A DNA stretch of 64,000 bases from Candidatus Eiseniibacteriota bacterium (GCA_965224245.1 OZ245046.1:1408001-1472000); one strand, 5' to 3'; positions 8,002-18,072 are shown, numbered from the stretch's first letter. The notes: generated from the sequence alone by a model not told the origin. Numbers and translations: made by a program.

Positions 8002-9769
8002 TCCGGTCCGGTTTCCATTCGTCGGCGACGTCAAACAGCGTCGGAGCCGGGCCGCCTTTGTGCTCACGCACGACGCGCAACACTCCTTCGCCCGCGAGAT
8101 CAATCAGGTCTGACTTGACGGTCCGCTCGGTCGGTTGATGCACCCCCTCGTCAGCAAGCCACTGGTGCGCGTCCACCGATGAGAACCCCTCGACGCTCGG
8201 GAGCGGATAGATCGCGCCGCGTTTCACGTAGACTCTCCTGCGCTCGGCCATCCCCGACGCGCGCCGGCCGGCCGTCTTGATCGCCGGCGGAGCGGTCTTG
8301 AGGGCGTAGAGCGCGCCCGCGTGCGCGGAGTCCCGGGGGAATTGCCCGAGGTACGTCGGTTCCGTCGAGTCTCCCGCGTTGGTTTTCTCGACCTTGAACA
8401 TGATTGGATGCCCTTCGCGCGATCGGTCGATAACCGCATGCATGGTTGCGGGCGTGTTGCTCACGAACGTGCCGCCACCACTGATGTAGTCGTCGTGGAT
8501 CAGCGGGGCGTTTGACTTCCTCGCGTCCGCGCTGCCCTTCCGATAGTGATGAATGGCGAGCACGGCCGCATCCGTTCGGCGCGCGATTTCCTCAAGAGCA
8601 TTAGCGAGCGTATTCATGCCTTCTGAGGTCTCGGGGCATGCGGCAACACGTCGCACCGTGTCGAGGATGATAACGTCGGGCCGAAACTCACTCGCGAGCT
8701 CCTCGACACGCCGAAGTGCGCGCGGGTTCCGCTCGCCTCGTGACGTGACGAGCGGGGGAAGATCGAAATTCGGGCCGCCACCCATGACGCGGACGTTCCG
8801 CATCGCTAGGCGCTTGTCCGCGTCACTCGAGAGCGCCGCGTCAAGCGTGACGCCCCACCGGTATTCGATCGATAACGAGCCGGTGTGTTGCCCTGCGAAA
8901 GTCCGCAGCTCCGGACTGAGCACGAGCACACGCACCGGCTCGTGCACCGCGTGACCGAGAAATGGCTTTCCGGCCCCGAGACACGCGGCCAGTTGCAACG
9001 CGATAAACGTCTTTCCGACACCCGCCGGCCCGGCGAGTATTGTGTAACTCCCGCTCACAAGAAGCCCCAAACCGAGAAAGCAAGCGCCAGGTTGCAACGC
9101 GGTATCTTCGCGCCCGTCGGCGAGAAGCGTTTGCATATCGGGATAGCGCCGCAGCTCGGCAAGTAGCCCGCTCACGACGGGCGTACCCTCGGACGCCTTC
9201 GAGGCGCGCTCGCCTAGAGTGCCGAGGGCGGCGTAGGGGTCAACGTGCGAGTGCGCCGCCTCACTGAGACGGAGCGAGATCGCTTGGCATTCGCGCCGCG
9301 CCCGCGCCTCACCGAGCCTCTTCCATGCATCGTCGACGTCGTAACTCGACAGGAACATGCCGAGCGTTTGCTTGACGAACCATCGGAAGTCCGCATCCGG
9401 TCCGCCGCGAACGTCGGCCGTGGGGATACGATCAGCGTCTACGCAGCGGACGATCGCGGCCGCGTCGGTGGTAACGGCGTTGCCGTTGGCGTCGTCATGC
9501 ATGCGCCGCGTCGCCTCGACGATCGCCCAGCAATTAGGGTTGGCGAACAAGTCACTCGTGAGCGTCGACGCGCGTTCGTTGTCGAGGTTGCCGGTTGCAT
9601 ACGCGCCGGCGATGGCGGCCTCGGCGTCATAGTCCCGTGTCGGGTCGTCGGTGAGCGTGAGGTCTCGCGCGGTCTGTTCAGCGTAGGGGATGGCCTTCGT
9701 TGCCGTCCCCCTCACGCTGCGACGCACGCGGCCACTCGGGACGCCATTCACGCGCGTGGATGCCCTCAT
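7994..9769 (-). CDS. Replicative helicase-like AAA ATPase (DnaB_N-like + AAA_25/RepA + C-terminal wHTH)
   Basis: Walker A GPAGVGKT, Walker B VIILDT, VLAIHHYRK motif; N-terminal DAEAAIAGA...DLF; GAGGAG RBS before ATG 9769. Confidence 0.8.
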   Translation of the reverse strand: MRASTRVNGVPSGRVRRSVRGTATKAIPYAEQTARDLTLTDDPTRDYDAEAAIAGAYATGNLDNERASTLTSDLFANPNCWAIVEATRRMHDDANGNAVTTDAAAIVRCVDADRIPTADVRGGPDADFRWFVKQTLGMFLSSYDVDDAWKRLGEARARRECQAISLRLSEAAHSHVDPYAALGTLGERASKASEGTPVVSGLLAELRRYPDMQTLLADGREDTALQPGACFLGLGLLVSGSYTILAGPAGVGKTFIALQLAACLGAGKPFLGHAVHEPVRVLVLSPELRTFAGQHTGSLSIEYRWGVTLDAALSSDADKRLAMRNVRVMGGGPNFDLPPLVTSRGERNPRALRRVEELASEFRPDVIILDTVRRVAACPETSEGMNTLANALEEIARRTDAAVLAIHHYRKGSADARKSNAPLIHDDYISGGGTFVSNTPATMHAVIDRSREGHPIMFKVEKTNAGDSTEPTYLGQFPRDSAHAGALYALKTAPPAIKTAGRRASGMAERRRVYVKRGAIYPLPSVEGFSSVDAHQWLADEGVHQPTERTVKSDLIDLAGEGVLRVVREHKGGPAPTLFDVADEWKPDRKA

Positions 9770-9979
9770 CGCCGCAGCTCCTCTCACGAGCGGCTGGCAG
9801 GGTCTCCGGCGGCTGGCATTTGGCTGGTCAAACGGCGTCAGCCAACGCCAAGTACCGGTAACCCATCGGTTGACGAAGGCGACGAGATCAGGCGTGTAAC
9901 CCGTTGCGCGGGAAGGTAAGTAAGTGGGAGATGCCGACCTACGCGCGCGTTGAGTTGTTTCGGTCAGGATGGGGTTTAC

Positions 9980-10056
9980 TGGTACGCCCTACAGGATTCG
10001 AACCTGTGACCTTCTGCTCCGGAGGCAGACGCTCTATCCAGCTGAGCTAAGGGCGC
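9980..10056 (-). tRNA. tRNA-Arg (CCG)
   Basis: GCGCCCTTAGCTCAGCTGGATAGAGCGTCTGCCTCCGGAGCAGAAGGTCACAGGTTCGAATCCTGTAGGGCGTACCA; cloverleaf, anticodon CCG, encoded CCA. Confidence 0.98.
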
Positions 10057-10164
10057 ACGTCGTACCGGCCGAGGATGCTACCGCACCCGGGGACCGACAT
10101 GCACCCCTTTTGACCGGCGCCGTGCGGCGGCTGGAGCCACTCCGGGACCGTCCGTTCCGATCGT

Positions 10165-12096
10165 TCACTCGCCGGGCGCACGCGCACGCGACAGCGGAAT
10201 CTCCCCCCGGAAGAGCGCGAGGCTCGCCTCCGCCCGGCGGCCGAGTCCGTCGAGCTCGAGGGCCTCGCTCGCGGCGATCACCTCCTCGGTGAGCCGACAC
10301 GCGGTGTCGAAGTCCCCGAGCTCCGCGCAGGCCGCGGCCAGCGCGTGGACCGTCGTGGGGCTGCGATCGGGGTCGAGCGCGAGCGCCCGCTCGGCGAGCA
10401 CCTTCGCGCGGGGTGCGTCGCGAAGCCGCGCGTCGGGGCTCGTGGCCAGGAGCCAGGCCAGCTTCCCGGCCGCGGCGGCGTGATCCGGGTCCCGTGCCAC
10501 GGCGGCCTCGTACCGGGCCAAGGCCTCCTCCGGCCGACCCCGGCTCCATTCCCACTCGCCGAGCACGTACGGGGCGAGCGCGTCGTCCGGCGCGAGCACG
10601 TCCAGCTCGCGGGCCCCACGTGCCGCGTCGTCGAGACGACCGGCGTCGTACAGCGTGTGGACGAGGTCGGAGAGGATCGCCCGTCGAGCCCGGAGATCGT
10701 CCCGGAGCGGGAAGCTTCGGGCGCGATCGAAGTGCTCCGCCGCCGCGGCGAAGCGACCGGCGCGGCGATCGGTGAGTCCGAGGCTCATCTGGATTCGCCA
10801 CGTGTCGTAGCCGGCGTCCCGCGCGCTCTGCCAGAGCGTGGCCTCGTCGCGCCAGTCTCCGATGCGCACCACCGACCGGCGTGCCCCGGCGAGCACCACG
10901 ACGCCGAGAAGCGCGACCGTCAGCACCGAGCCGACGCGTCCCCAGCCTGCGCGGCCGCGGAGTCGGTCCCACCCGATCGCGAGCAGGAGGCACACCCCGA
11001 CCGACGGCAGGTAGAGGTAGCGATCCGCCAGATACACGTGCGTGAGCGGCAGCGCGTTGGACGCGGGCAGGGCCATCACGGGGACCCAGGCCATCGCGAA
11101 CCCCGCCGTCGGATGTCGGAGGGCGATCCAGATCGCACCCCCGAGCCAGACGGCGAAGATACCGATCCCCGCGAGGCTGGCCGGATGGATCGGCATCCGG
11201 CTCGGGTCCACCGGGTAGTCCACCGAGAGCGATGCGGGGAAGACGAGCAGGCGGAGTCGCTCGGGCACGTTGGACAGCACGTTGGCCAGCACGTTGGGGT
11301 AGCCGTCCATGCGTAGCTCGTTGACGGCCCGCACCCGCTCGACGCCGAACGGCGAGCCGCCGTCCCGGAGCGCCCACACGGTGGCGAGCCCGACGAGCGC
11401 GATCAGCGGCCATGCCCGGGCGGTGCGAGCCCACGCCGGCCGTCGGCGGTCGGTGCCGGCACCGTCGGGCTCGGGTGTCTCGAGGAGATCCACCAGCAAG
11501 AGCATCACCGGAAGCCCGGCGATCGCGACCTCCTTCGCGGCGAGCCCGAGCACGAACGCGAGCACGGACAGAGCGTACGAGATCGGCCGTGACCGGGAGC
11601 CTCGCCACAGGATCAGCGCGGAGAGCGCGAACACGCCGGAGAGGAGGTCCTTGACGTTCGAGAACTGCACGACGGCCTCGACGTGGACCGGATGCACGGC
11701 GAAGAGCAGCCCCGCCGCGAGGCCCACACCGGCACCCCGCGTCATCGACGCGGACAGCCACGCGACCAGCCCCGAGGCGATCGCATGCAGGAGCACGCTG
11801 ACCAGCCGGTAGCCGGGGACCCAGCCGTCGAACAGCGTGGCCTCCAGGCGAAGCGAGAGAAAGGTCAGGATGCGGTGTGGGACGAGGGGGATCGTCCCAC
11901 CGTCGCCCGTGAGACGGGCGTGCCAGCTCACGTCGTCGTAAGCGAGGGGCAGGCCGATCGTGCGGGCGAAGGTCACGCAGGCCGCGATGCCGGCGACGAT
12001 CGCGACGATCCGACGGTGGCGTGCGAACCTCGCGGTCGTTCGGACGGGCAGAGTGCCCGCCCCGTCGGCCGGTTGCCGGAGTGGCGGGTCGCTCAC
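10165..12096 (-). CDS. TMTC-like GT-C membrane glycosyltransferase with C-terminal TPRs
   Basis: AYDD luminal motif, LLFAVHPVHVEAV, AKE, LSVDYP, ADRYLYLP, W..E..LW then TPRs; start uncertain. Confidence 0.8.
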   Translation of the reverse strand: MSDPPLRQPADGAGTLPVRTTARFARHRRIVAIVAGIAACVTFARTIGLPLAYDDVSWHARLTGDGGTIPLVPHRILTFLSLRLEATLFDGWVPGYRLVSVLLHAIASGLVAWLSASMTRGAGVGLAAGLLFAVHPVHVEAVVQFSNVKDLLSGVFALSALILWRGSRSRPISYALSVLAFVLGLAAKEVAIAGLPVMLLLVDLLETPEPDGAGTDRRRPAWARTARAWPLIALVGLATVWALRDGGSPFGVERVRAVNELRMDGYPNVLANVLSNVPERLRLLVFPASLSVDYPVDPSRMPIHPASLAGIGIFAVWLGGAIWIALRHPTAGFAMAWVPVMALPASNALPLTHVYLADRYLYLPSVGVCLLLAIGWDRLRGRAGWGRVGSVLTVALLGVVVLAGARRSVVRIGDWRDEATLWQSARDAGYDTWRIQMSLGLTDRRAGRFAAAAEHFDRARSFPLRDDLRARRAILSDLVHTLYDAGRLDDAARGARELDVLAPDDALAPYVLGEWEWSRGRPEEALARYEAAVARDPDHAAAAGKLAWLLATSPDARLRDAPRAKVLAERALALDPDRSPTTVHALAAACAELGDFDTACRLTEEVIAASEALELDGLGRRAEASLALFRGEIPLSRARAPGE

Positions 12097-12544
12097 ATCA
12101 CGCCATCCGGCCGCGCACGGATCATCGATGCAGGTTTCGCGCGCACGATCAGCTCGTCTCCACGACCCACCCTCGCCTCGGACGTCGTCACTCCCGATAC
12201 AGCTGCCGCACCCGGGACCGGCTCGTATCGCGCTCGGGGACGATGTACTCGATGTAGAGTAGAACGACGTCTCGTGCGGCACGCCGAACACGACGTCGCG
12301 GGTGAGGATGTCGGGAATCCGAAGAACTCACTCTCGCGACCGGGATCGGCACGCCGCGTACGGCACAGCCCGGATCACGACAGTGTACATGACCTGTCCG
12401 AGGATCGAGCAGCGTGTCGTGGGTCCTCGGTGAGGCTGTCGGGTGGGGTGCCCGGACGGCGACGGGGCCCCGAGGGCCGAGCCGTGAAAGCGATCCCGGA
12501 CGCTCCGCCCGGAGGCGATCCTCCGGTGCGGCGCACGAGCGGCA

Positions 12545-12576
12545 TCGCCGAGTCCGTCCCGGGGCGGACTCGGCGA
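12545..12576. terminator. GC-rich hairpin downstream of 12588-13529
   Basis: TCGCCGAGTCCG / CGGACTCGGCGA 12-bp stem; no U-tract. Confidence 0.4.
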
Positions 12577-12587
12577 CGTGGATCGGG

Positions 12588-13529
12588 CTACCGGTACTCG
12601 GACTTGATGCGGCTCCAGCTCGCCGGCTCGACCGGAACGCGGGTCAGGCAGTCGCATCCCTCGGGGGGATTGATCGTGACGCCGACGTCGCTCCGGATCT
12701 TGACTCCAAGCACGCGCCCGCAGATCTGCGTCCCGTTGCCGAGCGCGATGATGCCGTTCGCGACGCACACGTCACCGGTGAAGACGCCGTTCTTGCCGAA
12801 GTGGAACGTCGTGTCGTCCGACGCCTGGCCGTCTCCGCAGACCCAGAACTTCACGTCCGTGAGCGGCTCCTCGCCGGCGCCGGTCACGCAGTAGCCGTCG
12901 TTCAGCGCGACGCGCTCGGCCACCCGGATCTCCGTGTTCGACTCCAGGACGAGCGTCACGCGCTTGCCGAAGAGGAGTGTGCGGAAGTCGTACTGGCCCG
13001 CGTGCAGGATGAGGGTGCTGTCGTCCTTCGGGTTGACGTCGCCGTATGCGCCGGGCGCCAGGTCGAGCGTCTCTCCGGGCTCCACGACCACGTCCTCGGT
13101 GCCGGGCGCGCAGGGGGGAGCATCGGGGACGACGGGGAGAATGCTCGCGTCGAAGGCCGTCGGTCCGGCATGCCGGACCTCGGGATCCCCGGTGCCGTAG
13201 ATGTCGTTGACGTACCAGTCCCAGACGCTCGTGTTGGCGTTGATGCGCATCGAGTGTGCGACGACCTGACTCCCGTCGGCCACCGTCACCGGATGGTTGA
13301 CACCGATCGACAGCACGGGGTCGTTCGTGTCGATGGCCTTGACGCCGACGTGGCCGCCGTTGATCTCCGAGAGTCCGACCGGGCCCATGCCGCCCTTGAA
13401 GTCGATCTCGTCCATCGCGTAGAGCACGTAGTCGTCGAGCTGGGTGGACTGCGAGTGAGCGACACCGGTTGCCAGGAACAGGAGCGAGGTCACGACGGTG
13501 AGGGCCCACGTGGATCGATGCCTGACCAT
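12588..13529 (-). CDS. Secreted beta-solenoid-like protein with C-terminal PVEPASWSRIKSEYR tail
   Basis: Signal peptide (GVAHS-Q); LAPGAYGDV...LHAGQY and FTGDVCVANGIIALGNGTQICGRV repeats typical of beta-helices. Confidence 0.7.
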   Translation of the reverse strand: MVRHRSTWALTVVTSLLFLATGVAHSQSTQLDDYVLYAMDEIDFKGGMGPVGLSEINGGHVGVKAIDTNDPVLSIGVNHPVTVADGSQVVAHSMRINANTSVWDWYVNDIYGTGDPEVRHAGPTAFDASILPVVPDAPPCAPGTEDVVVEPGETLDLAPGAYGDVNPKDDSTLILHAGQYDFRTLLFGKRVTLVLESNTEIRVAERVALNDGYCVTGAGEEPLTDVKFWVCGDGQASDDTTFHFGKNGVFTGDVCVANGIIALGNGTQICGRVLGVKIRSDVGVTINPPEGCDCLTRVPVEPASWSRIKSEYR

Positions 13530-13974
13530 TCGTCTCATCCTCTCGGGATAGTGGGTGATTGCTGGGGTGCTGGGGCGCTCACCATGCCGTTTGGGCCACA
13601 CGGACGGCGGGACGCCACCGGACACCCGGGTCCGAACTCCCGGACACCGGGCGCCTGGCCGGAGTCACATGATGGGTGGCGAACCGGTGGCGCGCGTCAC
13701 CGCACGTAGAAGTCGATCGTGGAGACCACCCTGGCCTCGGGGATCATCTCGGGCTTCACGTCGTTGAGGCGTGTGGAGAGCACGATGCCGCGTCGGCCAC
13801 GCCAGCGGCCACCAAGGACGGCCGTGATGGCGAGGTGTCGGCTGGTGATCATGGGGCTTCCTTCGAGGCGCCGGGTCCGCGTGAAACGACTCGCATCCCG
13901 GATCGAGAACGCCGCGGCGGGTGTGCGGGCGACCCCACCGCGGCGGCACGATCAGTCGAGCGAGTTTCTCCGGA

Positions 13975-14544
13975 TCAGCCCTCGGCGGCCTTCTCCGGGT
14001 ACGGATGCGCGATCTTCGCCTTCATCTCCTCGAAGTCGAATCCATCGAACGTGGGGCTCTTGTCGTTGTGACACTGCGTGCACGTGTCGGCGGTCGGAAT
14101 CACCATCCCGGCGGCCATCGCGGCGTCACGATCCTGCATGATGCTCTTCTTCTTGTAGACCTCGCCCGGTCCGTGGCAGCTCTCGCAGCCGACGCCCTGC
14201 TCGACGGCGTACTTCTTCCCCAGCCGCTCGGCCGCGACGCCGTGCGCCGTGACGTGACACTGGAGGCACTCGTCCATCTCCTGGGGGTTGCCCTCCAGGC
14301 CGAGCGTCTTCACCACCTCGGCCGCCTCCGGCGTCCCGAGCGTCTTCCACGCGCCCGCGTGAGGCGACTCGAGCCACTTGCCGTACTGGTTCCCGTCCGC
14401 CTCCTTCTTGTGGCAGATCTTGCACCCGTCGGCACCGACGAAGCCGGGAGGGGCCTCATCCTGACCGCTGACGGGGCCGCTGAGTACGAGCGCGGCCGCG
14501 GCAGCGGTGAGCAGCGGCACGCCTCCCACTTTCATCCAGTTCAT
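13975..14544 (-). CDS. Periplasmic tetraheme cytochrome c (c554-like)
   Basis: Signal peptide; CKICH, CLQCH, GVGCESCHGPG, CTQCH; AGGAG RBS. Confidence 0.9.
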   Translation of the reverse strand: MNWMKVGGVPLLTAAAAALVLSGPVSGQDEAPPGFVGADGCKICHKKEADGNQYGKWLESPHAGAWKTLGTPEAAEVVKTLGLEGNPQEMDECLQCHVTAHGVAAERLGKKYAVEQGVGCESCHGPGEVYKKKSIMQDRDAAMAAGMVIPTADTCTQCHNDKSPTFDGFDFEEMKAKIAHPYPEKAAEG

Positions 14545-14746
14545 GGCGTCACTCCTAACGCGAGGACCGATCCTGCCGTGAGGTGTCGAAGCGCCTGTCG
14601 AGCGCGGCACCGACGGAACATTGCACGCTCATCCTCGGAGATGTCCAGCCCTAACACCATACGGGATACTCCGTATAGTCGCGCCGATCTCACGAATAGG
14701 ATAAACCCCGGGAGATGCGACACGCTCCGCCGGTGAGGAGGATTGC

Positions 14747-16267
14747 GTGGCGAAAGCTCCGAACGCCGGTCGCGGCCAGGCCTTGCCCTCGGTCTTCTAC
14801 AACGTCATCACGGTGGTGGGCACCATCGTGGCGGCGACGAGCCTGGCACTGATCCTGTTCCTGATGGCGCTGGAGACGCTGGCGAGCGAGCACAAGCCCT
14901 ACATGGGCGTGATCGCGTTCGTGATTCTGCCCATCTTCCTGGTCCTGGGCGTGATCGTGGCCGCACTGGGGGTGCTGCGCGAGCACTCGCGCCGCCGCCG
15001 CGGCCTGCCGGCCACCCGCCAGCTCCCGATCGTCAACCTCAACGACCCCCGGCAGCGCCGGGCGGCCGGCCTGATCTTCGCAGGGGCCCTGGTGTACGCG
15101 GGCCTGACGGCGTTCGGCAGCTACAAGGCCTACGAGTACACCGATTCCGACGCGTTCTGCGGCACGACGTGCCATCGAGTGATGGCGCCCGAGCACATCG
15201 CCTACACGAGCTCACCCCACGCGCGGGTCGGGTGCGTCAAGTGTCACATCGGGCCCGGCGCGGAGTGGTTCGTACGCGCCAAGCTCTCGGGCCTCTATCA
15301 GGTCTACGCCACGGTGCTGGACAAGTACCCGAGGCCCATCGAGACGCCGATCCGGAACCTTCGCCCGTCGCGCGTGATCTGCGAGCAGTGCCACTGGCCC
15401 GAGCACTTCTACTCGGACAACTTCGTCGAGAACACGTACTTCGCCTCGGACGAGGCCAACTCCCGCTGGAAGCTCGACATGCTGCTGAAGATCGGCGGGG
15501 GGGCCGACGAGAGCCGCGGGACGCGTGCCGGCGTGCACTATCACATGTACGTGGCCAACCGGGTCGAGTACGTGGCCCTGGACGAGCGCCGCCAGGAGAT
15601 CCCGTGGATCCGCACCCAGGAAGCCGACGGTGCGGTGAAGGTGTACCGCAGCTCGCAGGGTGACTTCGACGCCGCCGCGCTCGATACGCTCGAGGTGCGG
15701 ACCATGGACTGCATCGACTGTCACAACCGCCCCGCACACCGCTACGAGCCACCGCCCCGTCTGGTCAACCAGGCGATGGCACGCGGGGGCATCTCGCCGG
15801 ACCTGCCCTCGATCAAGGAGGTCGCGGTCTCGGCCATGGAGCGAGACTACGCGACCACCGAGGAGGCCGAGATCGGGATCGAGGAGGCGATCCGCGGCTT
15901 CTACGAGAGGACGTATCCCGAGCTCGTTTCGAACGGTAGCGCGACCGCGATCGAGCAGGCCGTCGCGACCACGCAACGGCTGTACCGCGGCAACTTCTTC
16001 CCGGCGATGCGGGTGAGCTGGGAGTCGTTCCCCGACAACATCGGTCACCTGTACAGCGACGGGTGCTTCCGCTGCCACGACGGGCTCCACCAGACCGACG
16101 GCGGAGAGTTCCTGACCCGCGACTGCAACATCTGCCACTCGATCCTGGCCCAGACGACCGAGCAAGAGGGCGAGCGCATCGATCTCGGGGGCGTGGAGTA
16201 CCACCACCCCGAGGACATCGACGAGGTCTGGAAAGAGGAGAAGTGCACCGAATGCCACGCACCGTGA
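14747..16267 (+). CDS. ImcH-like inner-membrane NapC/NirT multiheme cytochrome c
   Basis: Three N-terminal TM helices; CGTTCH plus six CxxCH (CVKCH, CEQCH, CIDCH, CFRCH, CNICH, CTECH). Confidence 0.85.
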   Translation: MAKAPNAGRGQALPSVFYNVITVVGTIVAATSLALILFLMALETLASEHKPYMGVIAFVILPIFLVLGVIVAALGVLREHSRRRRGLPATRQLPIVNLNDPRQRRAAGLIFAGALVYAGLTAFGSYKAYEYTDSDAFCGTTCHRVMAPEHIAYTSSPHARVGCVKCHIGPGAEWFVRAKLSGLYQVYATVLDKYPRPIETPIRNLRPSRVICEQCHWPEHFYSDNFVENTYFASDEANSRWKLDMLLKIGGGADESRGTRAGVHYHMYVANRVEYVALDERRQEIPWIRTQEADGAVKVYRSSQGDFDAAALDTLEVRTMDCIDCHNRPAHRYEPPPRLVNQAMARGGISPDLPSIKEVAVSAMERDYATTEEAEIGIEEAIRGFYERTYPELVSNGSATAIEQAVATTQRLYRGNFFPAMRVSWESFPDNIGHLYSDGCFRCHDGLHQTDGGEFLTRDCNICHSILAQTTEQEGERIDLGGVEYHHPEDIDEVWKEEKCTECHAP

Positions 16268-16323
16268 GCGTCTCGCGGACCGTGGCGTAGTTCCGCGCGC
16301 AACCGCGCCGAGAGGAGGGCGAC

Positions 16324-18072
16324 GTGTCCGACCGCCTGTCACGCTTGGAGGGCGAGCTCGCCGAGATTCGCCACGCCCTCGGCAACGTCGAGCGTCGCCT
16401 GCAGCACCTCGAGGACGCCCACGAGATCGCGCTCGCCACCGAGGAGGAGGAAGGCGTCCCGGCCGGGGCGCACGTTCGCCACGCGGTCCGCGAGGACGAG
16501 GCCGCGCCGGCGTCTCGTGTCGACTCGACGCGTCTGGTCACGCTCACCGGACGGACGCTGGTCATCCTGGGCGCCGGACATCTGCTGCGCGCGATCACCG
16601 ATTCCGGCCTGGTGGTGCCGGCTGTCGGCGTGAGCCTGGGACTCATCTACGCGCTGAGCTGGCTCGTCGTGACGCGACGCGCGAAGGCGCGCGGGAGGGT
16701 CCGGAGCGCGGTGGCCTACGGCCTCTCGTCGGCGGCGATCGCGTTCCCGCTCCTGTGGGAGGCCGTCACGCGTTTCGGCGCCATCTCTCCGACGCTCGGC
16801 GCGGTGGCGGTCGGGGTGGCCGGGCTCCTGTTCCTGTCGACGGCTGCCCGGTGGGGCCTTCGCGGCTTCGCCATCGTGGCGGCCCTGGGGACGGTCGTCA
16901 CGTGCTTCGCGCTCGGCATCCAGACGCGCGCGCTCCTCCCGTGTGCGCTGGCGCTGCAGGTCGTCTCCGGCGTCGCGCTGTGGATCGGCTGGGTCAACCG
17001 ATGGACGATCCTGGCCTGGTTGACCGCGCCCGCCGCGAACATCGCCGTCCTCGGCGTCGTGGCCACGCTCGGGGTCGAGAAGACCTACGTGACCCCGACC
17101 GCCGGCTGGGCGCTCGGGCTCTCGCTGTTCACGCTCTATCTCGTCAGCTCGATCGTTCGGCTGCGCCGATCCATCTGGCGTGAGGGCTCGCTGTCGAGCT
17201 TCGAGCTGGCGCAGAACGTCGCCGCGTTCGTCTTTGGCTACGGCGGGGCCGTCGTCGTCTCCAGATGGACGGGAGAGGGCGTGTGGGCCATCGTGGCGGT
17301 GAGCCTCGTGCTCGTGGCCGCCAGCTACGGGTCGAGCTTCGCATCGCTGGCCGGGCCGAAGCTGGATCGGCTGGCGTTCTCTCACTACAACACGGTCGCG
17401 CTGGCCCTCGTCCTGGCCGCGAGCTGGCTCGCGCTGCCCACGCCGTGGGCGGTCGTGCTCTGGAGCCTCCTGGCGGTGGCGGGTGCGCTGATGAGCAGCC
17501 GTCTCCGCCGGCAGACGTTCGGTCTCCACGGCGCGGCCTCGGTCTCGGCGGCGGGCCTCGGGTCGGGCGTCGTGACGACGGCGCTCCTGGCGTTCACGAC
17601 GTCGCCCGAGCGGACCCAGCACCTCCGGATCCCGGCCGAGGGCTGGCTGGCGCTCGCCGCCGCCGTCCTCGGGCTCTTCGCCTTCGGAGTGGTGCCCCCG
17701 GAGATCGGGCGGCGTCGCGCCGCGTTCTCACGCGTCGTCTTCTGGTGCGTGGTGCTGCTCGGGCTCGGTGCGGTCGCGGTGCCGGCGCTCGCGCCCATGG
17801 CCGGGGAGGGGGAGACGGCGGCCTCGAACCTGGCCTCGCTCCGCACCGTGGTGCTCGCGATCGCGGTGACCGGTCTCGGGCTCGTCTCCCGTACCGCGCG
17901 CTTCCGGGACGCGCGGTGGATCGTCTACCCGCTGCTCGTGATCACGGCGCTGAAGCTAGTCGGGCAGGATCTCCCGCACGGCCGGCCGACGACGCTCTTC
18001 ATCTCGCTCGGGTGCTTCGGCCTGGCCCTGATCCTGGCGGCGAGACTGGTGGGGCGGACGCGAAAGGCGTAG
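16324..18072 (+). CDS. Polytopic membrane protein (DUF2339-like)
   Basis: N-terminal coiled coil, then many TM segments; C-terminal LKLVGQDL...LFISL. Confidence 0.65.
   Translation: MSDRLSRLEGELAEIRHALGNVERRLQHLEDAHEIALATEEEEGVPAGAHVRHAVREDEAAPASRVDSTRLVTLTGRTLVILGAGHLLRAITDSGLVVPAVGVSLGLIYALSWLVVTRRAKARGRVRSAVAYGLSSAAIAFPLLWEAVTRFGAISPTLGAVAVGVAGLLFLSTAARWGLRGFAIVAALGTVVTCFALGIQTRALLPCALALQVVSGVALWIGWVNRWTILAWLTAPAANIAVLGVVATLGVEKTYVTPTAGWALGLSLFTLYLVSSIVRLRRSIWREGSLSSFELAQNVAAFVFGYGGAVVVSRWTGEGVWAIVAVSLVLVAASYGSSFASLAGPKLDRLAFSHYNTVALALVLAASWLALPTPWAVVLWSLLAVAGALMSSRLRRQTFGLHGAASVSAAGLGSGVVTTALLAFTTSPERTQHLRIPAEGWLALAAAVLGLFAFGVVPPEIGRRRAAFSRVVFWCVVLLGLGAVAVPALAPMAGEGETAASNLASLRTVVLAIAVTGLGLVSRTARFRDARWIVYPLLVITALKLVGQDLPHGRPTTLFISLGCFGLALILAARLVGRTRKA

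Larger units (their letters stand above)
1..9979. mobile_element. Integrated mobile island (integrative/satellite-like element) abutting the tRNA-Arg 3' end; left boundary outside window
   Basis: Directly downstream of the tRNA CCA end; carries helicase, iteron-like repeats, tyrosine recombinase, Xis-like HTHs and a TA pair; visibly more AT-rich patches than flanking DNA; all called genes on the minus strand. No att duplication seen in window. Confidence 0.8.

Noticed and set aside
1-9979. att direct repeat of the tRNA 3' end
   Set aside because: No second copy found by eye in the window; boundary left undefined
13697-13852. 51-aa minus-strand ORF with RBS ending RVVSTIDFYVR (possible gene remnant)
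   Set aside because: Too short and ambiguous to assign without a search
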